Shown piece by piece: positions 30,138 to 38,859 of a stretch of DNA of 64,000 nucleotides. Position 1 is the first letter of the stretch; every line of letters begins with the position of its first letter. Below the pieces are notes generated by a model. It saw only the letters and a program-made list of their open reading frames with translations, was not told the origin of the DNA and searched no databases. The stretch comes from an uncultured Solirubrobacterales bacterium. Its GTDB lineage: Bacteria > Actinomycetota > Thermoleophilia > Solirubrobacterales > Solirubrobacteraceae. A program made the translations under genes and the position numbers. The stretch spans positions 14,306 through 78,305 of the forward strand of contig CAWBXK010000008.1 in NCBI GenBank assembly GCA_963792735.1, given 5' to 3'.

Positions 30138-31112
30138 TCATCCTTCGCGGACGACCTGGCCGGCCGGCTTGTCGTCGCGCAGGCCCAGGAAGCGAGGGTG
30201 GCGCAGGCGCCCGTGCGAGGTCCATTCGGTGAAGCCGACCTGGGCGACCAGCGCGGGCTGCGTCCAGGTCACACCGCGCTCGCGGATCTGGGAGGCATCG
30301 GCGAACGGAGGCTCGGGTTGGGCCAGCTGGCGCAGGCGCGCGCCGAGGTCGCTCAGCGTCGGGCGATCGAACCCGGTCCCCACCTTGCCCGCGTAGCGGA
30401 GGCTGCCGTGATCGTAGTAGCCCACCAGGAGGGCTCCGAACTCGGTGCGCGAGCCGTGCGGGGACGTGAAGCCGCCGATCACCAGCTCCTGTCCCTGCTC
30501 GCACTTGAACTTCAGCCAGTCCCGCGAGCGGGTTGTGACATAGGGACTATCGGCGCGCTTGGCGATCAGTCCCTCCCAGCCCTTGCGGCAGGCCTCCTGA
30601 AACCACTCCTCGCCCGTCTCGTTGCGATGCGGGGTCAGCCGCACACCGTCGGCGAACGTCAAGGCCGCCCGCAACAACCGCTTGCGGCTGCGCAGCGGCA
30701 GCGGCCTGACGTCGCACCCGTCCACCCACAGCAGGTCGAAGACGTAGTAGAACACCGGCACGGGATGTCGCCCGCGCTGGGCGAGCCGGGCGAAGCTGGT
30801 CCGCGACCCGTCGAAGGCCACGATCTCCCCGTCGACGGCGAATCGCTCGCACCGCTCGATCTCCAGCGCGGCGGCGATCTCGGGGTAGCGACCGTTGAGC
30901 GACAGGTCGTTGCGCGAGAGCATGCGCACATGCTCCCCGGAGCGGATCGCCACACAGCGGATCCCGTCGAGCTTGCGCTCGAAGATCCAGTTCGGGTCGC
31001 TGAAGCGCTGCTTGGTCAGGACGGCCTTCATCACGTCTGCGCGCTCCGGGGGGTCGCTGGCGGGCACCCGCGAGCGCTCGGCCGGCCCGAGCTCGTCAAC
31101 GACGGAGCTCAT
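30138..31112 (-). CDS. ligD: ATP-dependent DNA ligase, stand-alone LigD ligase domain
   Basis: ERKLDGIR (KxDG), VDGEIV, YYVFDLL, EGLIAKRADSPY, WLKFK, GRLRHPRFLGLRDDK. Confidence 0.93.
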   Translation of the reverse strand: MSSVVDELGPAERSRVPASDPPERADVMKAVLTKQRFSDPNWIFERKLDGIRCVAIRSGEHVRMLSRNDLSLNGRYPEIAAALEIERCERFAVDGEIVAFDGSRTSFARLAQRGRHPVPVFYYVFDLLWVDGCDVRPLPLRSRKRLLRAALTFADGVRLTPHRNETGEEWFQEACRKGWEGLIAKRADSPYVTTRSRDWLKFKCEQGQELVIGGFTSPHGSRTEFGALLVGYYDHGSLRYAGKVGTGFDRPTLSDLGARLRQLAQPEPPFADASQIRERGVTWTQPALVAQVGFTEWTSHGRLRHPRFLGLRDDKPAGQVVREG

Positions 31113-31705
31113 TGCGGCTCCTCCTCGGCGACCTGCTCGACGGTACGGCCGGATTTGACCGATTCCGGCTGGCTGCTCTGGGGGTTGCGCCGGGCGTCGG
31201 CGCCCTCGTCACGGCGCTTGATCAGCAGCCACTGGGGCTTGGCGCCCCCTCGAGTCCGCTGCAGGGTCCATCCGCCGTTGAGCTTGCGGCCCTCCAGCCA
31301 CACCTTGGCGTGGCCGGCGTCGAGCGTCTCGGCGATCGGCCGCTCGTCGAGGTTGCGGTAGGTGCCGGCGTCCCACACGATCACGGAGCCCGCGCCGTAG
31401 TTGCCCTCGCCGATCACCCCTTCAAAGTCTGCGTACTCGAGTGGGTGATCCTCGACCTCGACGGCGAGCCGCTTCTCCCGCGGATCGGTGGACAGTCCCT
31501 TCGGCACCGCCCACGATCGCAATGTCCCGTCGACCTCGAGACGGAAGTCGTAGTGCAGGCTGGAGGCGGCGTGCTTCTGGATCACAAACCGCGGCTCGGT
31601 GCCACGACCGTCGGATCGCTTGCCGCGGCGACCTTCACGCACGCCCGGCTCACTCGTCCGCTCCGCATCTCGGCGGCCGCGGTAGCGCTCCAGTCGGTCG
31701 CTCAC
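31109..31705 (-). CDS. LigD 3'-phosphoesterase (PE) domain protein, stand-alone
   Basis: RFVIQKHAASSLHYDFRLEVDGTLRSWAVPKG, LAVEVEDHPLEY, VIVWDAGTY. Confidence 0.93.
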   Translation of the reverse strand: MSDRLERYRGRRDAERTSEPGVREGRRGKRSDGRGTEPRFVIQKHAASSLHYDFRLEVDGTLRSWAVPKGLSTDPREKRLAVEVEDHPLEYADFEGVIGEGNYGAGSVIVWDAGTYRNLDERPIAETLDAGHAKVWLEGRKLNGGWTLQRTRGGAKPQWLLIKRRDEGADARRNPQSSQPESVKSGRTVEQVAEEEPQ

Positions 31706-31819
31706 CCCCGGAACCTACCTCAGGTTGTCGGGATCCGGCACGGCCTCCAGCCTACCCTCCCGGCCAGTCCCGCTCGCAGCCCGTAGGCTTCTCGGCGTGA
31801 CAGTGGGCGGTTGGAGTGA

Positions 31820-33352
31820 GTGAGGGCTGACGTGGAGGCGGCTCCGGAATTCGAGCTGCCCACCGTCGCGGCCGGACCGGTACGTCTCGCCGAACTGCGG
31901 GCTCATGGCCCGGTGCTGGTGTTGTTCGTGGCCGAGGAATGTCCCACCTGCGCTCTGACCCTGCGCCGGCTGGCGCCACTGGTGGGCGAGCTGCAACGAG
32001 CCGGGGTGGAGGTGGCCGCCGTGTTCGAGGACCCGCTCGAGGTGGCGGCGCGCACGGCGAGGCGGGCCGGTTTCACCGGCGCGGTGCTGTCCGAGCCGGA
32101 CCCGTACGCGGTCTCTCGGGCGTATGGGCTTGTCAGCGTCCCGACGATCGTGCTCGTCGATCGCCAGGGAAGGATGGCTCAGCGAGTGGTGGGCTGGGAT
32201 GCCGCCGGCCTCGATCGGATGCTCGGTGCGGCGTGCGAGTCGCTCGGCGCGAAGGCGCCGTTGGTTCCGGGCCAGGAGCCGCGCCGCAAGCCCGGCTGCG
32301 CGTCCAAGAGCACCTACGACGCAGACACGCTGGCGCTGATGGCGGGGGAAAGCGGGGTCGATGAGTACGAGGACATGTTCGAGCGCGGATGGTCCGACGG
32401 CCTGCCGGTCATACCGCCCACGGCGCAGCGCGTGGAGGCGATGCTGGCGGGCCGCGACCCCGCTCGCTCGCTCGGGCGCGCGCCGCCGGCGATGGGCGAG
32501 GTGACACTCGAGCGACTCGCCGCTTGCGCCGTGCTGGCGGGGTGCCGCCCGGACTACTTCCCGGTCGTCCTGGCGGCGGCGGAGGCGGCGCTCGCGCCGG
32601 CCTTCAACCTCGGTGGCCAGGCGGTGACGACTCAACCCGCCGGCCAGCTGGTGATCGTCAACGGACCGGTGCGCGAAGCGATCGGCCTCAACGGATCGAT
32701 CGGGGCACTCGGCCCCGGCACGCGCGCGAACATGACCATCGGCCGGGCGCTGCGACTGTTGGTGAGCCTGACCGGCGGCGGCTTCCCGGGCCGCCTGGAT
32801 CGAGCCACGCTCGGTCACTCCGGGAAGCTCGGGCTGTGTGTGGCCGAGGCCGAGGAGCAGAGTCCGTGGGAGCCGTTGCACGTGGAGCGCGGGTACGCGG
32901 CCGAGGACTCGGTCGTGACGCTGATCTCATGCGATGCGCCGCTTTCGATCTCAGACCACCGCAGCCGCGACCCGCAGGAGCTGGCCCACGTCCTGGGCTG
33001 GGCAGCGGCGGCGACGTGGAGTCCGAACTGGTGGCCGCTGGGAGGCGCCTCGCTGTTCGTGATCTGTCCTGAGCATGCCGGCCTGTTCCGGGCGGCAGGC
33101 TGGAGCAAGACGCGCGTGCGCGAGGAGATGTTCGCTGCGGTGCGCCGACCCGCGCACGAGCTGCGCTGGGGGGAGACCACACCGGAGGTTCACGCGGCGC
33201 CACCCGACGCGCCGATCGCCAAGTGGACGCGGCCCGAAGATATCGTCCTGATGGTGGCCGGCGGCGAGGCCGGCCGATACTCGGCGGTGTTCGGTCCGTG
33301 CCTCGGCATGGACGCTCAGATCATTTCCCAGGAGGTCACATGGAATACGTGA
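31820..33352 (+). CDS. Fusion protein: N-terminal TlpA/AhpC-TSA thioredoxin-fold domain + large domain of unknown function (GWSDGLPVIPPT type)
   Basis: APEFEL...VLFVAEECPTC...VPTIVLVDRQG, linker KPGCASK, then GWSDGLPVIPPT, NGPVREAIGLN, RANMTIGRALRL. Confidence 0.8.
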   Translation: MRADVEAAPEFELPTVAAGPVRLAELRAHGPVLVLFVAEECPTCALTLRRLAPLVGELQRAGVEVAAVFEDPLEVAARTARRAGFTGAVLSEPDPYAVSRAYGLVSVPTIVLVDRQGRMAQRVVGWDAAGLDRMLGAACESLGAKAPLVPGQEPRRKPGCASKSTYDADTLALMAGESGVDEYEDMFERGWSDGLPVIPPTAQRVEAMLAGRDPARSLGRAPPAMGEVTLERLAACAVLAGCRPDYFPVVLAAAEAALAPAFNLGGQAVTTQPAGQLVIVNGPVREAIGLNGSIGALGPGTRANMTIGRALRLLVSLTGGGFPGRLDRATLGHSGKLGLCVAEAEEQSPWEPLHVERGYAAEDSVVTLISCDAPLSISDHRSRDPQELAHVLGWAAAATWSPNWWPLGGASLFVICPEHAGLFRAAGWSKTRVREEMFAAVRRPAHELRWGETTPEVHAAPPDAPIAKWTRPEDIVLMVAGGEAGRYSAVFGPCLGMDAQIISQEVTWNT

Positions 33353-33858
33353 GCCCGATCGATCAGCGCCGCCGCGAGACGTTCCCGCTCGCGCCGCGCC
33401 CGTCCACGCTGCGCGGCGCGCAGATCGCGCTCCTGGACATCAACAAGCGGCGCTCGGATGAGTTCCTGGACCGGATCGAGGTCCGGTTGCGGGCGGAGGG
33501 AGCGCACCCGTTCCGGGTAGCCAAGACGATCTTCTCCAAGCCGGCGGCACCGGAGATCATCCGCCGTATTGCCAACCGTGGCGACCTCGTCGTCGAGGGT
33601 CTCGCCGACTGAGGGTCCTGCACGTCGTGCAGTGTGCACGACATGGTGACGTTGGAGCGTCTGGGCATCGCCACCGCGGCGGTGGCGACCGAGCCGTTCA
33701 TCGACGAGGCGCTGGAGCAGGCTCAGCTGCTCGGCATGCCGGACTACCGCATGGTGCTCACCCCGCACCCGGTGCAACTGCTCAGCGCCGCCGAACTGAG
33801 CGAGCAGGCCGACCGTGCCTGGCCCGAGATCGTCGGTCGGCTTCGCATCCCGCGGTGA
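33340..33858 (+). CDS. UGSC-family selenoprotein (Sec at codon 91, TGA 33610-33612), 172 aa
   Basis: GGAGG RBS before ATG 33340. Track ORFs 33223..33612 and 33634..33858 are in the same frame; joined sequence VVEGLAD-U-GSCTSCSVHD; hairpin downstream of the TGA. Confidence 0.85.
33624..33642 (+). promoter_or_regulatory. Putative bacterial SECIS element of the UGSC gene
   Basis: GTCGTGCA-GTG-TGCACGAC: perfect 8-bp stem with a G-initial loop 19 nt after the TGA. Confidence 0.75.
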
Positions 33859-33864
33859 TTCGCG

Positions 33865-33888
33865 GTTCCGCGGCCGGGCGGGCGGGTA
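33865..33888 (+). promoter_or_regulatory. SigB/SigF-type promoter candidate
   Basis: GTTC-N15-GGGTA upstream of the CHAD gene. Confidence 0.55.
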
Positions 33889-33927
33889 GCTGAGTAGCAG
33901 ATATGCGGACGATCGCGGGAGTGACAC

Positions 33928-34893
33928 ATGCCCTACAGGCTCGATAACGCCGAGACGGTGCCGGATGGGCTTCGCCGCTGCGCGCGTGAGCAGCTCGACA
34001 TCGCCATCGCCGAGCTCACCGAAGGAGTGCAGTCGGATCCGGTCAAGGCGGTTCACCGGGCGCGCAAGGCACTCAAGAAGGAGCGCTCGCTGCTTCGCCT
34101 CGGTAGGGATGCGTTCGCGCCCGGCGCGCGCAGGCGCGAGGCCAGAGTACTGCGCGGCGTGGCCCAGGACCTGAGCGCCGCTCGCGACGCTGACGTCATG
34201 GTCCAGACCCTCGACGAGCTCGCCGACCGGTTCGCCGGCCAGGTGCCGGAGGTGAGCTTTGCCGTGATTCGCGAACGCCTCGAGCTCCAGCGCGACGGCG
34301 CCCGGCTCCAGCTCGTCAACTCGGCCTCGATCGGCGACGCCGCGGCCGAGCTGATCGAGGCGGGACGCCGTCTGGAGGGCTGGCCCATCCGGGGCGGCGG
34401 CTGGCGCGTGGTCGGCGCTGGTCTGAGCCGGAGCTATCGACGCGGCCGCCGGGCCTCCAGGAAGGCGCGGGCGAACCCCACACCCGAGAACCTGCACGCG
34501 TGGCGCAAGCGGACCAAAGACGTCTGGTATGAGCTACGGCTGCTCGCGCCGATCGCTCCGGGCACGATGCGCGGGCAGGCCAAGGAGGCACACCGCCTGT
34601 CGGATCTGCTCGGCGACGACCACGACCTGTCTGAGCTGCGCCCGGCGATCGCCCGGATCGGCGGCGACATACCGGCTGACGTCGGCTCGGTGATCGGGCT
34701 GATCGATCACCGCCAGGATCAACTTCGGGCCGACGCCTTCTTCGCCGGCGAACGCCTATACGCCGAGACGCCGAAGGCGATGCGGCGGCGAGTCCGCCGG
34801 TATTGGGAGACGTGGCGGGCGGAGGGGCGAGCCGCCAGCTCACGCCGGCCGGCTGAGCTGGCCGATCAGCTTGCCAGCGCGACTGTCCACTGA
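33928..34893 (+). CDS. CHAD domain protein
   Basis: VHRARKALKKERSLL, RDADVM, LHAWRKRTKDVWY, LSDLLGDDHDL. Confidence 0.92.
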   Translation: MPYRLDNAETVPDGLRRCAREQLDIAIAELTEGVQSDPVKAVHRARKALKKERSLLRLGRDAFAPGARRREARVLRGVAQDLSAARDADVMVQTLDELADRFAGQVPEVSFAVIRERLELQRDGARLQLVNSASIGDAAAELIEAGRRLEGWPIRGGGWRVVGAGLSRSYRRGRRASRKARANPTPENLHAWRKRTKDVWYELRLLAPIAPGTMRGQAKEAHRLSDLLGDDHDLSELRPAIARIGGDIPADVGSVIGLIDHRQDQLRADAFFAGERLYAETPKAMRRRVRRYWETWRAEGRAASSRRPAELADQLASATVH

Positions 34894-34923
34894 CGAGCAC
34901 GTGTTCCAGAACAGGAGGCGACG

Positions 34924-35169
34924 ATGGCAAAGGATCACGGTCCGAGCGTCAAGAACGACAAGCAATACGAGGGTCTGCGCAAGAAGGGGATGAGCAAAGG
35001 CCGAGCGGCGGCCATCGCCAACACGCCGGACGCATCGAGCAAGGGCGGCAAGCGGTCGGGCAGCGGGCAGGCCAGCAGCCAGAGCCGCAAGAGCAGTGGC
35101 AGTGGCAGCGGCGGGAACCGCGCGCAGAAGGCCGCCGCGGGGAGAAAAGGCGGCAAGAAGTCAAGCTAA
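34924..35169 (+). CDS. Small basic Gly/Ser/Lys-rich hydrophilic protein
   Basis: AGGAGG RBS; MAKDHGPSVKNDKQYEGLRKKGMSKGRAAAIAN...AAGRKGGKKSS. Confidence 0.8.
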   Translation: MAKDHGPSVKNDKQYEGLRKKGMSKGRAAAIANTPDASSKGGKRSGSGQASSQSRKSSGSGSGGNRAQKAAAGRKGGKKSS

Positions 35170-35187
35170 AACGACGCGCCGAGAAGG

Positions 35188-35211
35188 GTTCACCGCCCGG
35201 TCACTTGGGTA
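35188..35211 (+). promoter_or_regulatory. SigB/SigF-type promoter candidate
   Basis: GTTC-N15-GGGTA, 11 nt before ATG 35223. Confidence 0.6.
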
Positions 35212-35222
35212 GCACAGACGCG

Positions 35223-35687
35223 ATGGCCGATCCGATCCAACTCCTGTCGCTGGAGCTTCCGTGCAACGAGCACGCGCCAGCCACCGTTCGGCAAGCTCTG
35301 GGCAACGCCGGCGCAGCACTTGCCCTGCTTCAAGACGGCCTGCTGGTGGCGAGCGAACTGGTCACCAACGCCGTCCTGCACTCGGGGTGTGAGGAGGATC
35401 ACCGACTCCGCGTCGGGGCCCGTGTGGTGGACGGCCGCCTGCTGATCTCGGTCCACGATCCCGGCATCACGCGGCAGGATGCCACGCCCCGGTGGGAGGC
35501 GAGCGCGCCGGAGGCGACGCAGCGGCCTCAGCCATCAACGGATGGCGCCGTGTCGGCAACCGGGGTTTCGCCAGGCGCACGGGTCGGAGGCTGGGGGTTG
35601 CGGATCGTGGATCAGCTCGCACGTCGCTGGGGTTCCGAGCGACCCGACGGTTATTGCGTGTGGGCGGAGCTTGCGCCCTCGTCATAG
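35223..35687 (+). CDS. ATP-binding protein (RsbW-like anti-sigma factor)
   Basis: LVASELVTNAVLHSG, ISVHDPG, GGWGLRIVDQLARRWG, VWAEL. Confidence 0.85.
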   Translation: MADPIQLLSLELPCNEHAPATVRQALGNAGAALALLQDGLLVASELVTNAVLHSGCEEDHRLRVGARVVDGRLLISVHDPGITRQDATPRWEASAPEATQRPQPSTDGAVSATGVSPGARVGGWGLRIVDQLARRWGSERPDGYCVWAELAPSS

Positions 35688-35840
35688 CGGCCCGGCCGGA
35701 GTGGTACTTTTAGTCGGCTAGCGGCAACGGATGAGCACATCGCGTCCGGGGTGGCGGCAGAGTCGCAAATAGCGGGACTCAGGGCGATCTGAACGGTCGT
35801 TCGGGGACCATCAGCGTTATCGAGGCGGATGATCTGATGC

Positions 35841-36236
35841 TTGCTCGCAACCAACCCCACCCGATCGCCAACCGGCGCCGATGCCGTGCGTGAGAACGTC
35901 CTCAGCGACTCTCCGGCCCCGGGGCATCTGCAAATACGACGCGTCGACGACGCGGATGGCACCGTGGTGGCACTCCATGGCGAGTTGGACCTGAGCTCCG
36001 CGCCCACACTCGAAACGCTGCTGCGCGAGCTTGACGACACCATCCCCGGCCGCATCCTGATCGATCTGCGGAAGCTGAAGTTCATGGACAGCAGCGGCCT
36101 CGCCCTGATGATCCGAGCGCAGCAGATGGCGTTGGCGGCCGGATACCGCCTCGAGCTGCGGCCCGGGCCCAATCAGGTACAGCGGTTGTTCGAGATGACG
36201 GGAACGCTCGACCGCTTCGACTTCGTCTCGGCCTGA
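35841..36236 (+). CDS. STAS-domain anti-sigma factor antagonist
   Basis: VVALHGELDL, LIDLRKLKFMDSSGL (phosphorylatable Ser motif); start uncertain. Confidence 0.9.
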   Translation: MLATNPTRSPTGADAVRENVLSDSPAPGHLQIRRVDDADGTVVALHGELDLSSAPTLETLLRELDDTIPGRILIDLRKLKFMDSSGLALMIRAQQMALAAGYRLELRPGPNQVQRLFEMTGTLDRFDFVSA

Positions 36237-36448
36237 CCTTCGGCGGAGACTCGTGGATCCGGGCCGGAGCATCCTCCTTTTGCCCTCGGACCGGGTTGCC
36301 TGGTGCCGAGGATGCCCTAAGCTAGGAAGCGAGCGCCCGTAGCGCGGACAATGGTGTAGCGGGAGTCGTTTCGAAGCAACCGGCAGACGATCGCCACGCG
36401 GTCTTCTGACGAGCTATCGCAAGGTTTGCGAATCTCGAAAGGAGACAG

Positions 36449-37300
36449 ATGGATAACGGCACGGTGTCGCCAGATGTAGCTCGCGCCCCGCGAGCAGCTG
36501 TACCGCTCGCTCCGGGGCGAGCTCACACCGATCTCAGCACCGCCGCTCTGTTTGACCGCTGGCGTCGTTTCGGCGATCAGACCGCGCGACAGGAGCTCGT
36601 CGGGCGTTACCTTCCCCTCGCCCGCAAGCTCGCATCGCGGTACATGAGCCCGTACGAGCCGTTCGAGGATCTGGTCCAGGTGGCCAGCCTCGGATTGCTC
36701 GGCGCGGTCGATCGGTTTGATCCCGAACGTGGGGTGGAGTTCTCCTCGTTCGCGATTCCGACCATCCTGGGGGAGCTCAAGCGCTACTTCCGCGGCACGG
36801 GCTGGTCGGCCCATGTTCCGCGGCGGGCCCAGGAGCTGGCGCTGAGGGTCGAGACGGCGTCGCGTCAACTCGCCGAGCGGCCCGGCCCGCCGCCATCGGT
36901 GGCCGAGCTGGCGCAGTATCTGGAGTTGACCACCGAAGAGGTGATCACCGGCCTGGAGGCCGGCTCAGCCCACTACTCGGTGTCGCTCGACGCGCCCCAT
37001 GCCGGCGCCGATAGCGAATCCGATCCGGAGTCCCTGACGGAACGGCTCGGCGATGTCGACGAGCGGTTCGGCCTGATCGACACCACCGTGTCGCTTTCGG
37101 CAGCGCTCACGCACCTCCCGCATCTCGAACGTCAAGCGCTCAGTCTGCGCCTGCGGGAGGACATGAAGCAGACCGAGATCGCCGCCCGTCTGGGCTGCTC
37201 TCAGATGCAGGTGTCGCGGTTGCTGCGACGCGCGGCATCCCGGCTCACCGAGCTCATCGATCCGAGCCGCGCCTCGGGCGGGTCAGCTCAGGACGGCTGA
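36449..37300 (+). CDS. SigB/SigF/SigG-family RNA polymerase sigma factor
   Basis: EDLVQVASLGLLGAVDRFDPERG, FAIPTILGELKRYFR, YSVSLD, QTEIAARLGCSQMQVSRLL. Confidence 0.95.
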   Translation: MDNGTVSPDVARAPRAAVPLAPGRAHTDLSTAALFDRWRRFGDQTARQELVGRYLPLARKLASRYMSPYEPFEDLVQVASLGLLGAVDRFDPERGVEFSSFAIPTILGELKRYFRGTGWSAHVPRRAQELALRVETASRQLAERPGPPPSVAELAQYLELTTEEVITGLEAGSAHYSVSLDAPHAGADSESDPESLTERLGDVDERFGLIDTTVSLSAALTHLPHLERQALSLRLREDMKQTEIAARLGCSQMQVSRLLRRAASRLTELIDPSRASGGSAQDG

Positions 37301-37348
37301 CTGCAGCCCGGCTCCGCAGACGGCGCCAGCCAGGCCACCGCGGCGAAG

Positions 37349-37540
37349 CTAGCCCTGTGAATGCTGGTCGGTGTCGCCGAGCGGCGAGTCGTCGTCTGAC
37401 GGGGCGCCGGGAAGCTTCTCGCTGGCGTCGCTGCTCGATCCACCCTCGGCGCCGGGCTCGACGGGATCGTCCTCGGGGGCATGGGTGGGCCGATCGTCCT
37501 CGTCGGCAGCCGGCTGATCGTGCTCTGAGTATGAGTTCAT
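37349..37540 (-). CDS. Small acidic hydrophilic protein
   Basis: MNSYSEHDQPAADEDD...GDTDQHSQG; preceded by a promoter motif. Confidence 0.65.
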   Translation of the reverse strand: MNSYSEHDQPAADEDDRPTHAPEDDPVEPGAEGGSSSDASEKLPGAPSDDDSPLGDTDQHSQG

Positions 37541-37550
37541 GGAGCTTCGC

Positions 37551-37574
37551 TACCCGCCCGGGAGGGCGACAAAC
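37551..37574 (-). promoter_or_regulatory. SigB/SigF-type promoter candidate
   Basis: GTTT-N15-GGGTA on the minus strand, 10 nt before ATG 37540. Confidence 0.65.
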
Positions 37575-37649
37575 TAAAACCGCCATCCGGCGGTGATCCT
37601 CGATCCCGGTTCCGGGGGGTGCTGGTGGTGACCGGTGCTGGCCGGGTCG

Positions 37650-37680
37650 GGCCCGGCAAAGACCCGGTGTTTGCCGGGCC
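37650..37680. repeat. Perfect 11-bp inverted repeat overlapping a -35 element
   Basis: GGCCCGGCAAA-N9-TTTGCCGGGCC. Confidence 0.7.
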
Positions 37681-37692
37681 CGGCGCCGGGTA
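37669..37692 (+). promoter_or_regulatory. SigB/SigF-type promoter candidate
   Basis: GTTT-N15-GGGTA, 14 nt before ATG 37707. Confidence 0.65.
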
Positions 37693-37706
37693 GCGAGTGG
37701 GCTGAG

Positions 37707-38285
37707 ATGTCGTCGACCACCTTTTCCGTCAGTGGGCCCCCGGAGGACCTCGGAGAGCGCGCGGCCGCCTCGAGCGATCGGCCCGAGCGCGGGCCGGACG
37801 CCACCGGCGTACTGGCCGGACATTCCCCGACCCGGTACCGGCCCTTGGGTGGCTATGTCGCGGTGATGAGCACCTTCACGGGCGCCGCCACCGCGTTCGG
37901 CGTCTGGTTTCGCCGCAGTGGCCGTGAGCTGCCCGAGGCGATCTCGGTCAGGGACCTGCTGCTGCTCACCGTGGCCAGCCACAAGGCGGCGCGCGTGATC
38001 GCCAGGGATCGCGTCACCAGCGGCGTGCGGGCGCCGTTCACGACCTTCGAGCATGACGCGGGCCCGGGGGAGGTGGCCGAACGAGCTCGCGGCCGAGGCG
38101 TGCGTCGCGCGATCGGCGAGCTGCTGGTCTGCCCGTACTGTCTGGGAATGTGGACCAGCGCCGCATTGACTGCAATGTTGCTGGTGGCGCCCCGCTTGAC
38201 CCGCTGGCTGGCGTCGGTGCTGACGATCTTCTCGGGATCTGAGTTGCTGCAGGCCGTCCATCGCTCCAAGGCTCCCGAGCGGTGA
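37707..38285 (+). CDS. DUF1360-like membrane protein
   Basis: ASHKAARVIARDRVTSGVRAPF, IGELLVCPYCLGMW. Confidence 0.8.
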   Translation: MSSTTFSVSGPPEDLGERAAASSDRPERGPDATGVLAGHSPTRYRPLGGYVAVMSTFTGAATAFGVWFRRSGRELPEAISVRDLLLLTVASHKAARVIARDRVTSGVRAPFTTFEHDAGPGEVAERARGRGVRRAIGELLVCPYCLGMWTSAALTAMLLVAPRLTRWLASVLTIFSGSELLQAVHRSKAPER

Positions 38286-38468
38286 CGGCAAACCTGCACC
38301 GCAACGGTTAGACGCCCCGAGCTGGTGGTATCAGGTTGATTGGTAAGTCGGGGTGCCCGTCCTTGCGCGAGCGGCGCGTGAGCGGGCGAGGCGTGCAGCG
38401 TTGCCTGCAAGTAAGAGCCCGCCCGCCTGCGTCGCCGCCGCGTGAGGGCCCTCAGGCTCAGTCGGCCG

Positions 38469-38771
38469 TCACTTGGTCCGCTTGGTCTGCTTCGCGCGGC
38501 CGCCCTTGCCGGTGCCACTCACATCGGTGCCGGCCGCCTTGGCGGCCTGCTTGGCCGCGGTGCCCGCCGCGCGGGCGGCTTTGGCGGCACCACTCAATGC
38601 CCCGCGGGCGGCCTGCTTGGCGTCCTGCGCGGACTCCTCGGCGGCGTGCTTGCGACGGGTGCCGGCCGCCTTCTTTCCGGCCAGCTCGGACTGGGCCTGC
38701 TGCTGGTTTCGCTTCCTGGTCGCGGCGGCCTTCTTGGCCGCCGCCGAGCGGTCTGCCTTCGTCTGTGCCAT
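38469..38771 (-). CDS. Small Ala/Lys-rich basic protein (histone-like composition)
   Basis: RSAAAKKAAATRKRN, AGKKAAGTRRK, AAKAARAAGTAAKQAAKAAG. Confidence 0.75.
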   Translation of the reverse strand: MAQTKADRSAAAKKAAATRKRNQQQAQSELAGKKAAGTRRKHAAEESAQDAKQAARGALSGAAKAARAAGTAAKQAAKAAGTDVSGTGKGGRAKQTKRTK

Positions 38772-38816
38772 GGGCTTGTGCTCCCGGTGTCGAGGTTGCG
38801 CTGCTGGGCCGGGCTC

Positions 38817-38841
38817 TACCCGCGCGCCAGGACGTGCAATC
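38817..38841 (-). promoter_or_regulatory. SigB/SigF-type promoter candidate
   Basis: GATT-N16-GGGTA upstream of the Ala/Lys-rich gene. Confidence 0.45.
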
Positions 38842-38859
38842 GATGTCGGCTCGGCGGGA

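Noticed and set aside
33610-33612. Treating this TGA as a true stop or pseudogene lesion
   Set aside because: Both sides are in frame and protein-like, the context is U-GSC plus CxxC, and a SECIS-like hairpin follows.
36237-36448. Possible tRNA/ncRNA, including tRNA-Sec, upstream of the sigma gene
   Set aside because: No cloverleaf, T-loop or other recognisable RNA motif found by eye.
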